From Pseudomonadota bacterium (GTDB lineage Bacteria; UBA10199; 2-02-FULL-44-16; JAAZCA01), in NCBI GenBank assembly GCA_043822785.1, contig JBDRBN010000067.1, positions 1 to 36,481 of the forward strand: 36,481 bases of DNA, written 5' to 3'. Below are positions 7,992 through 18,644 of the stretch, one piece after another. Both the position numbers and the translations under genes were made by a program. Under the pieces are notes generated by a model, which ran no database searches, was not told the DNA's origin, and saw only the letters and a list, made by a program, of their open reading frames with translations. The stretch's first letter is position 1. Each line of letters starts with the position of its first letter.

Positions 7992-8068
7992 TGTCATTGC
8001 GAGCGAAAGCGAAGCAATCTCCTGAAATTGAGGAGATTGCTTCGGAGCTAACGCTCCTCGCAATGACA
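7992..8068. repeat. TGTC-type palindromic doublet, followed by atacgaa atacgag heptamers
   Basis: TGTCATTGCGAGCGAAAGCGAAGCAATCTCC...GGAGATTGCTTCGGAGCTAACGCTCCTCGCAATGACA. Confidence 0.93.
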
Positions 8069-8086
8069 ATACGAAATACGAGTACA

Positions 8087-9193
8087 ATGACTCATAAAAA
8101 GCAGGAATCATACATGAGGTTGGCGTGCGAGTTGGCTCTTAAGGGTGCGGGCAGCACTTCGCCCAATCCCATTGTTGGCGCAGTAGTAGTCAAAGATGGC
8201 CAAATAGTTGGCGAGGGCTTTCACAAAAGAGCAGGTGGTCCTCATGCAGAAATAATTGCTTTGCGCCAGGCAGGCAAAAAAGCGTGTAGCGCAGATCTAT
8301 ATGTAACGCTTGAGCCATGCTGTCATGAGGGGCGTACACCGCCTTGTGTGCCCGCAATAAAGGCTGCAAAAATATCCAGGGTGTTTGTCGGCTCGCGCGA
8401 TCCTAATCCTTTGGTAAACGGAAAGGGCATAAGATCGCTTCGCAATGCTGGCATCACAATCAGGGAAGGGTTGCTTAAGAAAGAATGTGCTGCATTAAAC
8501 TGCGCGCACAATAAATTCATGTTGCATGGAGTTCCCTTTGTAACTGCAAAAGTGGCGCTTACGCTGGATGGTAAGATAGCTACATCAGCAGGCGTTTCAA
8601 AATGGATAACCAATAAAGCATGCCGCGCATATGTTCATGAGCTTCGCAGTCGTTCAGATGTTGTGATGGTAGGTGGGAATACCATTAGGAAAGATAACCC
8701 TAAACTCAATGTTCGCATCAAGGGCCACAGAGGAAAAATGCCGAAAGCCGTGGTCATTGATGAAACATTGAACATCCCTTGCACAGCTTCAGTATTAAAG
8801 AGGCGCAAAGGAGATCTTATCTGTGTGACTACGACGCGGGCCCCAGTATCGCGGATAAAATCGATAAAGCGCATGGGGCATGAGGTCATAGTGTGCAGAA
8901 AAACTTCTAAAGGCCTTGTGGATGTTAGACATGCACTTAAAGAACTTGGAAAGTTTGGTATATCATCTGTTCTGCTAGAGGGCGGAGGTTCATTGTTCTC
9001 ATCATTTATAAAGAACAGCCTTGTGGATCGTCTCATCGCATGCATAGCTCCTAAGCTCCTTGGAGGAGAAGGTTTCGACTTTCTACCGGGCATTTGTATA
9101 GAGAATTTGCAAAGCGCAATTGAACTTTCTGATGTTACGTTCAGAACCTTTGATGACAACATCGTTGTACAAGGGCTTATCATAAATCAATGA
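8087..9193 (+). CDS. ribD: Bifunctional riboflavin biosynthesis deaminase/reductase
   Basis: SPNPIVG, HAE, TLEPCCHEGRTPPC, TLDGKIA, LLEGGG; the ORF N-terminal extension is repeat-derived, start 8087 or 8114. Confidence 0.96.
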   Translation: MTHKKQESYMRLACELALKGAGSTSPNPIVGAVVVKDGQIVGEGFHKRAGGPHAEIIALRQAGKKACSADLYVTLEPCCHEGRTPPCVPAIKAAKISRVFVGSRDPNPLVNGKGIRSLRNAGITIREGLLKKECAALNCAHNKFMLHGVPFVTAKVALTLDGKIATSAGVSKWITNKACRAYVHELRSRSDVVMVGGNTIRKDNPKLNVRIKGHRGKMPKAVVIDETLNIPCTASVLKRRKGDLICVTTTRAPVSRIKSIKRMGHEVIVCRKTSKGLVDVRHALKELGKFGISSVLLEGGGSLFSSFIKNSLVDRLIACIAPKLLGGEGFDFLPGICIENLQSAIELSDVTFRTFDDNIVVQGLIINQ

Positions 9194-9202
9194 GGTAAGA
9201 GG

Positions 9203-9853
9203 ATGTTTACCGGCATAATAGAGGGAGTCGGAAAAGTCCGGTCAATAAAGCGCAAGGACGAGGCGCTTGAGATTGAGATCTCTTCGGATTTTGATTTAGA
9301 AAGATTTAACGTGGGCGATTCCATATCAGTAAACGGCTGCTGCCTTACTGTTACATCTAGGCTTGGTAAAAGCTTTTGGGCAGATGTATCTCCTGAAACG
9401 ATCGCGAGCTCTACTTTAGGCAATTTCAAAGAAGGCGATTGGGTGAACCTGGAGCGCGCGCTTAAAGTGGGGGGCAGGCTTGATGGCCATATTGTTCAGG
9501 GTCATGCAGACGCAGTGGGTAAAGTGGTTGATATCAAAGAACATTCTGGATCCAAAGAATTTATCATCGAAATCCCTGCAAACCTTTCGCGTTATATTGT
9601 TGAAAAAGGTTCTGTTGCTGTTGATGGAGTTTCGCTCACAGTTAACAAAGTCAATTCCAACCGTTTTTCTGTAATGATCATCCCACACACTCAACTCAAT
9701 AGCACATTTCAATATCTGCACAGAGGGGATAGGGTGAACTTAGAAGTTGACATCATCGGGAAATATGTTGAAAAGCTTACGTTTTTAGACAGCGAGCAAT
9801 ATGAAGAGGGCTCTAAGATCACCGAGGAGTTTTTGAAGAAACATGGGTTTTGA
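9203..9853 (+). CDS. ribE: Riboflavin synthase alpha chain
   Basis: MFTGIIE, SISVNGCCLT, VNLERAL, GHIVQGH, VNLEVD. Confidence 0.96.
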   Translation: MFTGIIEGVGKVRSIKRKDEALEIEISSDFDLERFNVGDSISVNGCCLTVTSRLGKSFWADVSPETIASSTLGNFKEGDWVNLERALKVGGRLDGHIVQGHADAVGKVVDIKEHSGSKEFIIEIPANLSRYIVEKGSVAVDGVSLTVNKVNSNRFSVMIIPHTQLNSTFQYLHRGDRVNLEVDIIGKYVEKLTFLDSEQYEEGSKITEEFLKKHGF

Positions 9854-11054
9854 TATCACATCAGTTGAAGATGCCATCGCCGCCATCAAGGCTGGCAAGA
9901 TGGTGATCATGGTAGATGATGAAGATCGCGAAAACGAGGGCGATCTTGTTTGCGCAGCAGAGCACATCACTGCTGAAAAGATTGCGTTCATGGCGCGCTT
10001 TGGCTGCGGGCTCATATGCCTTGCCTTGACTTGCGAGCGTGCTGATGAGTTGGATCTTCGGCCCATGGTGGCAGATAACACGTCTTCCTTTGGTACTGGT
10101 TTTACAATTTCCATAGACGCGAAGGCAGGAGTTACAACAGGCATATCAGCTGCTGATCGCGCGCACACAATATGCACTGCTATTAAACAGGGCACCAAGC
10201 CCTCAGATCTTGCACGACCTGGCCACGTGTTTCCTTTGCGCGCGCGCAAGGGAGGGGTGCTTAGGCGTACAGGTCAGACTGAGGGTTCGGTGGATTTGAC
10301 AAAGATTTCTGGCCTAAAACCCGCTGCAGTGATTTGCGAGATCATGAAGGAAGATGGCACCATGGCCCGCATGCCGGATCTTTTGGAGTTTGCTAAGAAG
10401 CATGGTCTTTGCATCGTATCTGTGGCTGATATCGTGCGCTACAGGATGCGCCACGAGTCGCTGGTAACTCGCACATCAGTGGCTTTCTTGCCTCTGCCAC
10501 AGGGCAATGACTTTCAGATTTATTCATACAGAACAGAGGTGGACAATTATGTGCACATAGCTTTGGTAAAGGGCAATGTTGCCACAGGCGAGCCTGTTCT
10601 CGTAAGGGTCCACTCCGAGTGCTTAACCGGCGATGTTTTTAGTTCACAGCGTTGCGATTGTGGATTACAGCTTTCACGTTCAATCGAGATGGTAGCAGCT
10701 AAAGGATCTGGAGCAGTGCTCTACATAAGGCAAGAGGGGCGCGGCATAGGACTTCATAATAAGATTGCAGCTTACGCCCTTCAGGATCAGGGTTTTGACA
10801 CAGTAGAGGCAAACGAGAAGCTGGGCTTTAAAGCAGATCTTAGGGACTATGGCATAGGTGCGCAGATTCTTGTGGATCTGGGCATAAGGCGCCTTCGGCT
10901 TATTACGAACAACCCGCGCAAGATCGTGGGGCTTGCAGGTTATGGCATTGAAGTGGTAGAGCGTATACCGCTTGAGATCGAACCTGGCGATCACAACAGA
11001 CAATATCTTCACACCAAGCGTGTGAGGTTAGGTCATCTTTTAGAAAAAGCATGA
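9843..11054 (+). CDS. ribBA: Bifunctional DHBP synthase / GTP cyclohydrolase II
   Basis: DDEDRENEGD, TTGISAADR, RPGHVFPL, VRVHSECLTGD, RCDCG, QEGRGIG, TNNPRK. Confidence 0.97.
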   Translation: MGFDITSVEDAIAAIKAGKMVIMVDDEDRENEGDLVCAAEHITAEKIAFMARFGCGLICLALTCERADELDLRPMVADNTSSFGTGFTISIDAKAGVTTGISAADRAHTICTAIKQGTKPSDLARPGHVFPLRARKGGVLRRTGQTEGSVDLTKISGLKPAAVICEIMKEDGTMARMPDLLEFAKKHGLCIVSVADIVRYRMRHESLVTRTSVAFLPLPQGNDFQIYSYRTEVDNYVHIALVKGNVATGEPVLVRVHSECLTGDVFSSQRCDCGLQLSRSIEMVAAKGSGAVLYIRQEGRGIGLHNKIAAYALQDQGFDTVEANEKLGFKADLRDYGIGAQILVDLGIRRLRLITNNPRKIVGLAGYGIEVVERIPLEIEPGDHNRQYLHTKRVRLGHLLEKA

Positions 11055-11057
11055 GCA

Positions 11058-11096
11058 AATTCCCTCCCCTTTGTAAGGGGAGGGTAAGGGAGGGGT
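11058..11096. repeat. CCCTCCCC-type hairpin repeat
   Basis: CCCTCCCCTT-TGT-AAGGGGAGGG stem-loop plus TAAGGGAGGGG; related copy at 36341. Confidence 0.8.
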
Positions 11097-11100
11097 AGAT

Positions 11101-11568
11101 ATGGTAAAAATCATCGAAGGCAATCTATCGGCAAAGGGTTTAAGGCTTGCCATAGCAGCTGGCAGGTTCAACAACTTCATAACCGATCGGCTCATCGAAG
11201 GAGCCATGGATGTGATCGCGCGCAGTGGAGGCGATGCTGAATCGACTGTTCTCGTAAAGGTTCCAGGCGCTTTTGAACTACCCCTGGCAGCAAAGACATT
11301 GGCTTGCAGCGGCAAGTATGACGCTGTGGTTTGCCTTGGCGCTGTCATCCGCGGCAGCACGTCGCACTTCGAGTATGTCACGACTCACATGTCGCGCGGC
11401 ATCTCGAACGTGATGATGGAAACAGGAGTACCCATCTCGTTCGGCGTGGTCACTGCAGATAATCTTGAACAAGCTATAGAGCGAACTGGCACCAAACACG
11501 GCAACAAGGGTGCAGAGGCAACTCTTGCTGCAGTCGAGATGGCAAACGTAATCAAGGGGCTTAAGTAG
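11101..11568 (+). CDS. ribH: 6,7-dimethyl-8-ribityllumazine synthase
   Basis: RFN-FI, VPGAFELP, LGAVIRGSTSHFEYV, QAIER-GTK-GNKG. Confidence 0.97.
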   Translation: MVKIIEGNLSAKGLRLAIAAGRFNNFITDRLIEGAMDVIARSGGDAESTVLVKVPGAFELPLAAKTLACSGKYDAVVCLGAVIRGSTSHFEYVTTHMSRGISNVMMETGVPISFGVVTADNLEQAIERTGTKHGNKGAEATLAAVEMANVIKGLK

Positions 11569-11573
11569 AAGTT

Positions 11574-12011
11574 ATGGGAATTCGCCGCAAGGCGCGCGAA
11601 AGCGCTCTGCAGATGCTTTATCAGCTCGACATGAGCGGCCAGGATCTTAATGATGCGATGGCCAGCTCAGGAGCTTTAGCTAATCTCGATGCCGAAGTCA
11701 GGCAATTTGCCCAACAGCTCGTAAACGGTGTAGTGGGCGACTTAGCAGAGATAGATAAGTTGATTGCTGCACATTCTACCAACTGGAAGATTTCTCGCAT
11801 GGCTGCAGTAGACAAGAACATATTAAGGATGGCTGTGTACGAGTTAAAAAATTTCTCTGACATCCCCATAAAAGTTACGATCAACGAAGCTGTTGAGATA
11901 GCAAAACGCTTTGGCAGCGGAGAGAGCGGTGCATTTGTGAACGGCATCTTGGATAACATCGCTCAGGATTTCAAGAAGGATAAAGGCGAACCAGGTGAGC
12001 TAGATGACTGA
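11574..12011 (+). CDS. nusB: Transcription antitermination factor NusB
   Basis: RRKARE-ALQ-LYQ, W---R---VDKNILR, INEAVEIAKRF, FVNGILD. Confidence 0.97.
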   Translation: MGIRRKARESALQMLYQLDMSGQDLNDAMASSGALANLDAEVRQFAQQLVNGVVGDLAEIDKLIAAHSTNWKISRMAAVDKNILRMAVYELKNFSDIPIKVTINEAVEIAKRFGSGESGAFVNGILDNIAQDFKKDKGEPGELDD

Positions 12012-12855
12012 AAAGCGCAAGATCATCGTAGCAAAATCAGCAGGCTTTTGTTGGGGTGTGCAGCGCGCATTCAACAAGGTGCTTGATGTAGCAAACCATG
12101 CTGAACATAGGCCCGTGTACACATACGGACCTCTAATCCATAATCCTCAGGCTGTGGAGATGCTCGAGCAAAAAGGCATCGGCGTGATCGATGAAATAGG
12201 CGATAAGATGGAAGGCACTGTGGCTATTCGCACTCACGGCATTCCACCTGTTGAGAGAAAAAGGCTCGAGGCCAGCGGCGCAAAGATCTGCGATGCTACT
12301 TGTCCAGACGTGGGTATCATACAGGGTACTGTTCGAAGGCATCTCAATCTTGGTTTCTTTATCATTATAATAGGTCACCGCGAGCATCCAGAGGTGAAAG
12401 CGCTTTTGGGATTTGCAGAAAAGAGGGGAGCATGCGTGAACTCGGCAGAAGAAGTGGCTGCCCTTCCTGCTGATCTGGGCAAAGCATGCGTGGTATCACA
12501 AAGTACCCAACAGCGTGAAAAATTCGATGCCCTGGTCAAACTCATACGCGAGCGTTATCCAAACTGTTTGGTGTTCGATACGATCTGCCGTTCCACAGAC
12601 AGCAGGCAGCAGGAGGTGCGCGAACTGGCTGGCAAGGTGGATGCCATGGTTGTGGTCGGAGGTCGCAATAGCTCTAATACCAACCGCCTTGCAGAGATAG
12701 CGCGCGAGATGGGATCTCGTACCTTTCTCATAGAGACCGATTGTGAGATTAATCCAAACGATTTTGATGACGTTAAGGTGGTGGGCGTTACTGCAGGTGC
12801 GTCAACGCCAAGCTGGGTCATCAAACGCGTGGTAGAGAGGCTGCGTGCAATCTAA
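12004..12855 (+). CDS. ispH: 4-hydroxy-3-methylbut-2-enyl diphosphate reductase
   Basis: AGFCWGV, IHN, DATCP, HPEV, DTIC, SSNT-RL, GVTAGASTP. Confidence 0.96.
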   Translation: MTEKRKIIVAKSAGFCWGVQRAFNKVLDVANHAEHRPVYTYGPLIHNPQAVEMLEQKGIGVIDEIGDKMEGTVAIRTHGIPPVERKRLEASGAKICDATCPDVGIIQGTVRRHLNLGFFIIIIGHREHPEVKALLGFAEKRGACVNSAEEVAALPADLGKACVVSQSTQQREKFDALVKLIRERYPNCLVFDTICRSTDSRQQEVRELAGKVDAMVVVGGRNSSNTNRLAEIAREMGSRTFLIETDCEINPNDFDDVKVVGVTAGASTPSWVIKRVVERLRAI

Positions 12856-14215
12856 CATAAGAAAACTTTTTGGTACCGATGGAGTTAGGGGTATTGCAAA
12901 CCAATATCCCATAGATGGCTCTGTGGCGTATGCCCTTGGGCAAGCTGTTGCGAGCGTGTTCAGAGATGCGCCTGGCTTAAATCGCATAGTAGTTGGCAAG
13001 GACACCAGGCTTTCTGGCTATGTCTTGGAATCTGCGCTCATGGCAGGCATATGTTCCATGGGCACGGATTCCATGCTCGTGGGTCCTCTGCCCACTCCTG
13101 GAATTGCATTCATCTCTCATAGCATGCGCGCCAAAGCAGGCGTGATGGTATCAGCCTCGCATAATCCAGTCGAATACAACGGAATAAAATTCTTTGACAA
13201 CAAGGGATATAAATTGCCCGACTCAATTGAGCTTGAGATGGAGGATCTTATCTTTTCCGGCGTGCTGGATAGTATGAGAGTTACGCCGGATGTGATGGGT
13301 AAGGCTTTTCGCATCGATGATGCTGGAGGGCGCTACATTCAATATCTCAAGGGTACGTTTCCGCAACACCTTGCTCTCGACGGCCTGCGCATTGTCTTGG
13401 ATTGCGCAAACGGTGCTGGATACAAGATAGCGCCGATTGTCTTGCAAGAGCTCGGTGCTCAAGTCATAACCACGGCTGTTTCACCCAACGGATTAAACAT
13501 AAACTGCGAATGCGGTGCGCTGCATCCTGAAAGGATGGCCAGGCTCGTTAAGGAGCATGAAGCTCATGTAGGCGTAGCACTAGATGGGGATGCTGACCGC
13601 GTGATCATGTGCGATGAAAAGGGCGAGCTTGTAGACGGCGATGCCATACTTGCCATCTGCGCCATGCATCTGCACAGCAAGGGTTCTTTGGCAAAGGATA
13701 CTGTTGTCGGAACCAAGATGAGCAATATGGGCCTTGAAGTAACTCTAGAAAAAAACGGAATTAAACTTTTACGCACTGATGTGGGCGATCGCTATGTGAT
13801 GGAAGTCATGCGAAAAGAAAAGCTCAACTTGGGGGGCGAATCCAGTGGGCACATAATATTTCTGCATCACACCACATCCGGCGATGGCACGCTTGCTGCG
13901 CTTAGGGTTTTGTCGGTCATGCTTCAGCAAACAAGACCTCTGTCGGAAGTAAGGCAGGTTTTTACGGCCTTTCCTCAGACCACGATAAATGTGAGGGTCA
14001 AAGACAAGACTCCCATAGAGAACTTGCCCCGTGTATCGAAAACTGTGGAAGAGGCAAGACGCGCTTTAGGCGCGCATGGCAGGATTCTCGTAAGATATTC
14101 CGGCACCGAGAACATAGCCCGCGTGATGGTGGAGGGCGAAGACGCCAGCGAGATATCAACCCTTGCACAAACAGTAGCATCTGCATTTGAACATGACATA
14201 GGCAAAGGTGTGTAA
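12845..14215 (+). CDS. glmM: Phosphoglucosamine mutase
   Basis: LFGTDGVRG, GKDTRLSG, SASHNP, DGDADR, GGESSGH, RYSGTE. Confidence 0.96.
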   Translation: MQSNIRKLFGTDGVRGIANQYPIDGSVAYALGQAVASVFRDAPGLNRIVVGKDTRLSGYVLESALMAGICSMGTDSMLVGPLPTPGIAFISHSMRAKAGVMVSASHNPVEYNGIKFFDNKGYKLPDSIELEMEDLIFSGVLDSMRVTPDVMGKAFRIDDAGGRYIQYLKGTFPQHLALDGLRIVLDCANGAGYKIAPIVLQELGAQVITTAVSPNGLNINCECGALHPERMARLVKEHEAHVGVALDGDADRVIMCDEKGELVDGDAILAICAMHLHSKGSLAKDTVVGTKMSNMGLEVTLEKNGIKLLRTDVGDRYVMEVMRKEKLNLGGESSGHIIFLHHTTSGDGTLAALRVLSVMLQQTRPLSEVRQVFTAFPQTTINVRVKDKTPIENLPRVSKTVEEARRALGAHGRILVRYSGTENIARVMVEGEDASEISTLAQTVASAFEHDIGKGV

Positions 14216-14217
14216 AC

Positions 14218-15540
14218 GTGCTTGAAAATCTAAAAGAGTCATTTGAGAAGACCTTTAACAAACTCTCCGGTCGAGGCAAACTCACAGAAGAAGACGTAAA
14301 AAGCGCTGCGCGCGAGATTAAGCTCGCGCTCCTTGCAGCTGATGTCCATTATGGAGTGGTAAAGGATTTTGTAGACTCAGTTGCAAAAAATGCAGTTGGC
14401 AAAGAGGTCCTAGAATCCATCACCCCTGCGCAGCAATTCATAAAAATCGTCCACGACGAATTGGTAAGAGTGCTCGGCAGCGAGCCAGCGCCATTTGACT
14501 TCTCATGTAAGCCACCTTTGATTAGTATGATGGTGGGGCTTCAGGGTAGCGGCAAGACCACAAGCTGCGCCCGCTTTGCGCTTAAGTGTAAGCGTGATGG
14601 CAGAAGGCCCTATCTCATTCCTGCAGATGTTCATAGGCCTGCAGCCATAGAGCAGCTTAAAATTTTGGCAAAACAGGCTCAAGTTGACTGCTGGCCTACA
14701 GAAAATGGCCAGAAGGCGATCAAGGTAGTTAAGTCAGCACTCAAACATGCAGAGAAGATCGGATATGATACGATCATCATCGATACAGCAGGCAGGCTTC
14801 ATATCGATGAACAGATGATGGATGAGCTTAGAGAGATAGAGAAGAAAGCACAACCCCAGCGCATTCTCTATGTTGCTGATGCCATGACCGGACAGGATGC
14901 AGTAAAATCCGCAGCTGCATTTGATAAGAACATGCCTATCACCGGCATCATACTCACTAAAATCGATGGCGATGCCCGCGGCGGTGCAGCACTTTCGGTC
15001 AGAGCTGTAACCGGCAAACCCATAATCTTTGTGGGCACAGGCGAACACCTAGAGGACCTGGAATCATTTTTTCCAGATCGTATGGCAGGAAGAATACTTG
15101 GCAAGGGCGATGTTATCTCTTTGGTCGAGAAGGTGGCAGAGAGAATAGATGTTGAGGATATACCCACAAGCCGCTTTACCATGGAAGATTTTTTAAAGCA
15201 GATGAAGATGCTAAAGAAGCTGGGCCCCCTTGACCGCATTTTGGGACTTATGCCTGGCATAGGAGGCATGCTAAAGGGTGTTGATTCCGCAGACCTTACG
15301 CGCCAGATGAGCCAAAAGGAGGCCATCGTCTTTTCCATGACCAGACAGGAGCGGCTTAACCCTAAGATTTTAAACGGTTCTCGCAGGAGCAGGATTGCTG
15401 CTGGAGCAGGTGTTAAGGTGTCTGATGTGAACCGGTTTCTCAAAGAGTATCAGGTTATGCAGAAGATGATGAAGGGCCTAACAAGGAAAGGGGCAGCTAA
15501 GGGCCTTCTTAATAGCTTGACTACACGGCCTTTTTCTTGA
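14218..15540 (+). CDS. ffh: Signal recognition particle protein
   Basis: [25 protein letters not shown] domain SMT-ER-NP...SR--RIA-GAG. Confidence 0.97.
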   Translation: MLENLKESFEKTFNKLSGRGKLTEEDVKSAAREIKLALLAADVHYGVVKDFVDSVAKNAVGKEVLESITPAQQFIKIVHDELVRVLGSEPAPFDFSCKPPLISMMVGLQGSGKTTSCARFALKCKRDGRRPYLIPADVHRPAAIEQLKILAKQAQVDCWPTENGQKAIKVVKSALKHAEKIGYDTIIIDTAGRLHIDEQMMDELREIEKKAQPQRILYVADAMTGQDAVKSAAAFDKNMPITGIILTKIDGDARGGAALSVRAVTGKPIIFVGTGEHLEDLESFFPDRMAGRILGKGDVISLVEKVAERIDVEDIPTSRFTMEDFLKQMKMLKKLGPLDRILGLMPGIGGMLKGVDSADLTRQMSQKEAIVFSMTRQERLNPKILNGSRRSRIAAGAGVKVSDVNRFLKEYQVMQKMMKGLTRKGAAKGLLNSLTTRPFS

Positions 15541-15562
15541 TAGAGGAACGCACCTTAAAAAA

Positions 15563-15598
15563 GCGAGAAAGGCGAGACACGCGAGAAACGCGAGAAAC
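15563..15598. repeat. Nonamer array (GCGAGAMAS)x4
   Basis: gcgagaaag gcgagacac gcgagaaac gcgagaaac. Confidence 0.85.
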
Positions 15599-15614
15599 GA
15601 AATACGGAGGCAGG

Positions 15615-15851
15615 ATGGCAGTCAAAATCAGGTTGGCCAGAAAGGGCAAACGGCATGAGCCGTTTTACCATGTGGTGGTCGCAGACGAGCGTAAGCCGCG
15701 CGATGGACAGTTTATCGAGGTTTTGGGCACATATGATCCCAAAAACAAAGAGAAGCGTTTTGAAGGAAAGAAGGAGCGGATAGAGTACTGGCTCGGAAAG
15801 GGCGCTAAGCCCACCGAGACCGTCTCCGAACTATTTCGGACCCTATTATAA
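15615..15851 (+). CDS. rpsP: 30S ribosomal protein S16
   Basis: [39 protein letters not shown]. Confidence 0.97.
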   Translation: MAVKIRLARKGKRHEPFYHVVVADERKPRDGQFIEVLGTYDPKNKEKRFEGKKERIEYWLGKGAKPTETVSELFRTLL

Positions 15852-15872
15852 ACATACTGCTAAGGAGGCGAT

Positions 15873-16118
15873 ATGTCTGAAGATCCAATGAGAACGCTGA
15901 TAGAGATGATAGCAAAGGCGCTGGTTGACAAGCCCGACCAAGTGGAAGTCACGGATGTCGAAGGCGAGCAGACAACCGTGATCGAGCTGCGCGTGGCAAA
16001 AGAGGATCTTGGAAAGGTCATTGGCAAGCAAGGCAGAACAGCCCGCGCTTTAAGAACTATCCTCTCAGCCGCTTCTACAAAGTTGCGCAAGCGTTCAGTG
16101 CTTGAGATATTGGAGTAG
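15873..16118 (+). CDS. khpA: KH-domain RNA-binding protein KhpA (YlqC family)
   Basis: [33 protein letters not shown]; located between rpsP and rimM. Confidence 0.93.
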   Translation: MSEDPMRTLIEMIAKALVDKPDQVEVTDVEGEQTTVIELRVAKEDLGKVIGKQGRTARALRTILSAASTKLRKRSVLEILE

Positions 16119-16124
16119 CTTCGG

Positions 16125-16670
16125 GTGCAGCAGGTCAAGGACGATATTACAACAGAATGGGTAAGTTGCGGCCGCCTTGGTCGCGCTATTGGTCTAAAAG
16201 GTGAATGCACTGTTTTTTGGAATAGCGATGAGTGCCCTTACGAAATAGGCTCAGTGCTTTTCATCTCGTCTGATGATGGAACCCAACATGAGCAATACAA
16301 GATAGCGGCCTTGCGAGCACAAGGCCGCTTTGATGTATTGCGCTTTGAAGGAATAAGCGATCGCTCCCAAGCCGCGGCGTTTACCGGTAGAGAGCTCGTA
16401 AGGCCTGCTTCAAGCCTTCCCAAACTTCCAAAGGATCAATATTACTGTTATCAGATATTGGGTCTTAAGGTGAAAGCCGAGAATGGGCATGATCTCGGAA
16501 CAATCGTGCGCATATTTACGGCAGGCGAAAACGATGTCTATGAAGTGCTGCCTGAAGGCGCAGCCAAAGGTGAGGAGATTTTGTTTCCTGCAATAAAGGA
16601 TGTGGTCATCTCGGTAAATCTTGATGCAGGGCATATGGTAGTAAGGCCGATGGAAGGAATGTTTGATTAA
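16125..16670 (+). CDS. rimM: Ribosome maturation factor RimM
   Basis: GR-GRA-GLKGE, F-GI-DR--A, LP-L----YY----GL-V, GENDVY, PRC barrel; synteny. Confidence 0.93.
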   Translation: MQQVKDDITTEWVSCGRLGRAIGLKGECTVFWNSDECPYEIGSVLFISSDDGTQHEQYKIAALRAQGRFDVLRFEGISDRSQAAAFTGRELVRPASSLPKLPKDQYYCYQILGLKVKAENGHDLGTIVRIFTAGENDVYEVLPEGAAKGEEILFPAIKDVVISVNLDAGHMVVRPMEGMFD

Positions 16671-16674
16671 TGCT

Positions 16675-16710
16675 GCCAGCAACGCAAGTAAGGCCAGCAA
16701 AGCCAGCAAA
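16675..16710. repeat. Nonamer array (GCMAGYAAV)x4
   Basis: gccagcaac gcaagtaag gccagcaaa gccagcaaa. Confidence 0.75.
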
Positions 16711-16723
16711 GTTAAAACTAGTT

Positions 16724-16804
16724 TGTCATTGCGAGGGAGGAACGACCGAAGCAATCTCCTTGTCATCTTGAGATTGCTTCACCCCTGCGGGGTTCGCAAT
16801 GACA
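16724..16804. repeat. TGTC-type palindromic doublet, followed by ttactgg tcactaa heptamers
   Basis: TGTCATTGCGAG...GAAGCAATCTC...GAGATTGCTTCACCCCTGCGGGGTTCGCAATGACA. Confidence 0.92.
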
Positions 16805-16821
16805 TTACTGGTCACTAAATT

Positions 16822-17571
16822 ATGCGATACGACATAGTAACAATTTTTCCTGGCATGTTTGAGTCTCCGCTTAACGAGACTATCTTAAAGCGCGCGCAGG
16901 AAAAGGGCATCGTTGAATTTCATCTGCACGACAGTCGCGATCATGCGCATGACAAGCATCGCTCGGTGGATGATACGCCGTATGGCGGCGGAGCAGGCAT
17001 GGTCATGATGCCAGGCCCACTCGTTAAAGCCGTGGAGAGCGTGCCGCGCACCCAAAATAGCCTAAGCGTGTTGCTTACGCCGCAAGGCGAGCCGTTTACA
17101 CACAAGATCGCACGCGAGTTTTCTAAGCGTGATCAGATCATCCTCATCTGCGGAAGATATGAGGGCATAGACGAGCGGGTGCGCGAGAGAGTATGCGACA
17201 GGGAGATCTCGCTTGGTGATTTTGTGCTATCAGGCGGCGAGATTCCGGCTATGGCAGTTATCGACGCTGTCACGCGCCTTTTGCCGGGCGTTTTGGGCAA
17301 TGATGAATCCATTAACGATGAATCCTTTGAATCCGGCCTTCTTGAGTATCCCCAGTATACCCGGCCAGAGGAGTTTCGTGGGATGAAGGTACCTGAGGTA
17401 TTAAAATCCGGAGATCATGCTCGCATCAATAGATGGAGGCGAAACCAGGCCCTTTTGCGAACAAGGCAGAGACGGCCGGATCTATTTGAAAAAATTGAGC
17501 TTTCATTGGAGGACAGTGCAGAGCTTGAGCGCCTTTTAGCAAGGATTGACAAAAGGAGCCAAAGCCTGTAG
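16822..17571 (+). CDS. trmD: tRNA (guanine37-N1)-methyltransferase
   Basis: [50 protein letters not shown]. Confidence 0.98.
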   Translation: MRYDIVTIFPGMFESPLNETILKRAQEKGIVEFHLHDSRDHAHDKHRSVDDTPYGGGAGMVMMPGPLVKAVESVPRTQNSLSVLLTPQGEPFTHKIAREFSKRDQIILICGRYEGIDERVRERVCDREISLGDFVLSGGEIPAMAVIDAVTRLLPGVLGNDESINDESFESGLLEYPQYTRPEEFRGMKVPEVLKSGDHARINRWRRNQALLRTRQRRPDLFEKIELSLEDSAELERLLARIDKRSQSL

Positions 17572-17617
17572 AAGCGTGCGGCTTTGCCTACCCGCAGATG
17601 CAATTAAGGAGCAGGAA

Positions 17618-18034
17618 ATGAGTATTATCGCAAACATAGACAAAGAACAATTTCGCAAAAATCTCCCCACATTTCGTCCTGGTGACACGCTTCGCGTCTA
17701 TTGCAAGATCCGCGAAGGCGATAAAGAGCGCATCCAGATGTTCGAGGGCGTATGCATCAGGCGCCACCGCGGTGGCATAGGAGCAACCTTTACAGTTCGC
17801 AAAAACTCCTACGGCGTTGGAGTAGAGCGCGTATTTCCCCTTCATTCGCCGCTTATAGAAAGAATAGAAGTGGCAAGTGCCGGCAAAGTAAGGCGTTCGC
17901 GCCTTTACTATTTGCGCAAACTCACTGGCAAGGCTGCTCGTATCGAAGGCCGCCGTGTCGAGAGAGAGGGCGAAGAGGTTGCCGATGACGCAACGACCCA
18001 GGCGTCGGCGGATGCGGCAACAGAAGCTTCTTGA
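17618..18034 (+). CDS. rplS: 50S ribosomal protein L19
   Basis: [49 protein letters not shown]; start moved to ATG 17618. Confidence 0.97.
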   Translation: MSIIANIDKEQFRKNLPTFRPGDTLRVYCKIREGDKERIQMFEGVCIRRHRGGIGATFTVRKNSYGVGVERVFPLHSPLIERIEVASAGKVRRSRLYYLRKLTGKAARIEGRRVEREGEEVADDATTQASADAATEAS

Positions 18035-18644
18035 TCTTCCGCCGCCCAATCGCAGACGTTATGAACAAACCCTTCACACGCAGGGCATCAGTTTAATTGC
18101 CGGCGTGGACGAAGCAGGGCGCGGCTGCCTTGCAGGGCCCGTGGTGGCAGCAGCGGTAATCCTTCCAAAAGATTCACAGATTCCAAATCTCAAAGATTCC
18201 AAAAAACTAAGTGAAAGACAGCGCGAGCAATTATTTGAAGTGATAAGCAAGCAGGCCGTGGCCTTTGCTACAGGCGTTGTGGATACGCAAGAGATAGATC
18301 GCACAAACATACTTGCGGCCTCGCTTTTGGCAATGAGAATAGCTGTTGATGAGCTGAAGGTTACGCCCCAGTTCTTGCTCATCGACGGGCAGCAGATGAT
18401 TGAACACCATATTCCACAAAGGGCATTGATAAGGGGCGATGATATATCCATAAACATCGCAGCTGCATCGATAATAGCAAAAGTCTCTCGAGATCGCATG
18501 ATGCGGGATCTTGAACCCCTCTACCATCCATTTAAATTCTCCATCCACAAAGGATACGGCACCGCGCTTCATAAAGAGGAGCTTAAGCGCTTTGGTCCTA
18601 CGCCCATACACAGGAAGACGTTCAGGGGCGTAAAGGCTACATAG
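18012..18644 (+). CDS. rnhB: Ribonuclease HII
   Basis: [46 protein letters not shown]; start uncertain (ATG 18012). Confidence 0.96.
   Translation: MRQQKLLDLPPPNRRRYEQTLHTQGISLIAGVDEAGRGCLAGPVVAAAVILPKDSQIPNLKDSKKLSERQREQLFEVISKQAVAFATGVVDTQEIDRTNILAASLLAMRIAVDELKVTPQFLLIDGQQMIEHHIPQRALIRGDDISINIAAASIIAKVSRDRMMRDLEPLYHPFKFSIHKGYGTALHKEELKRFGPTPIHRKTFRGVKAT

Noticed and set aside
7956..8086. FMN riboswitch upstream of ribD
   Set aside because: No RFN consensus is visible; the space is filled by the TGTC palindromic repeat.
7991..8086. N-terminal extensions of RibD (also YceD 4506, RpsP 15537, RplS 17546, RnhB 17955)
   Set aside because: ORF-caller extensions through repeats or upstream genes; family homology starts at downstream ATGs.
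8635..15443. Long antisense ORFs (e.g. 8635-9183, 9785-10249, 14868-15443)
   Set aside because: Shadow frames of well-conserved sense genes with no independent protein signatures.
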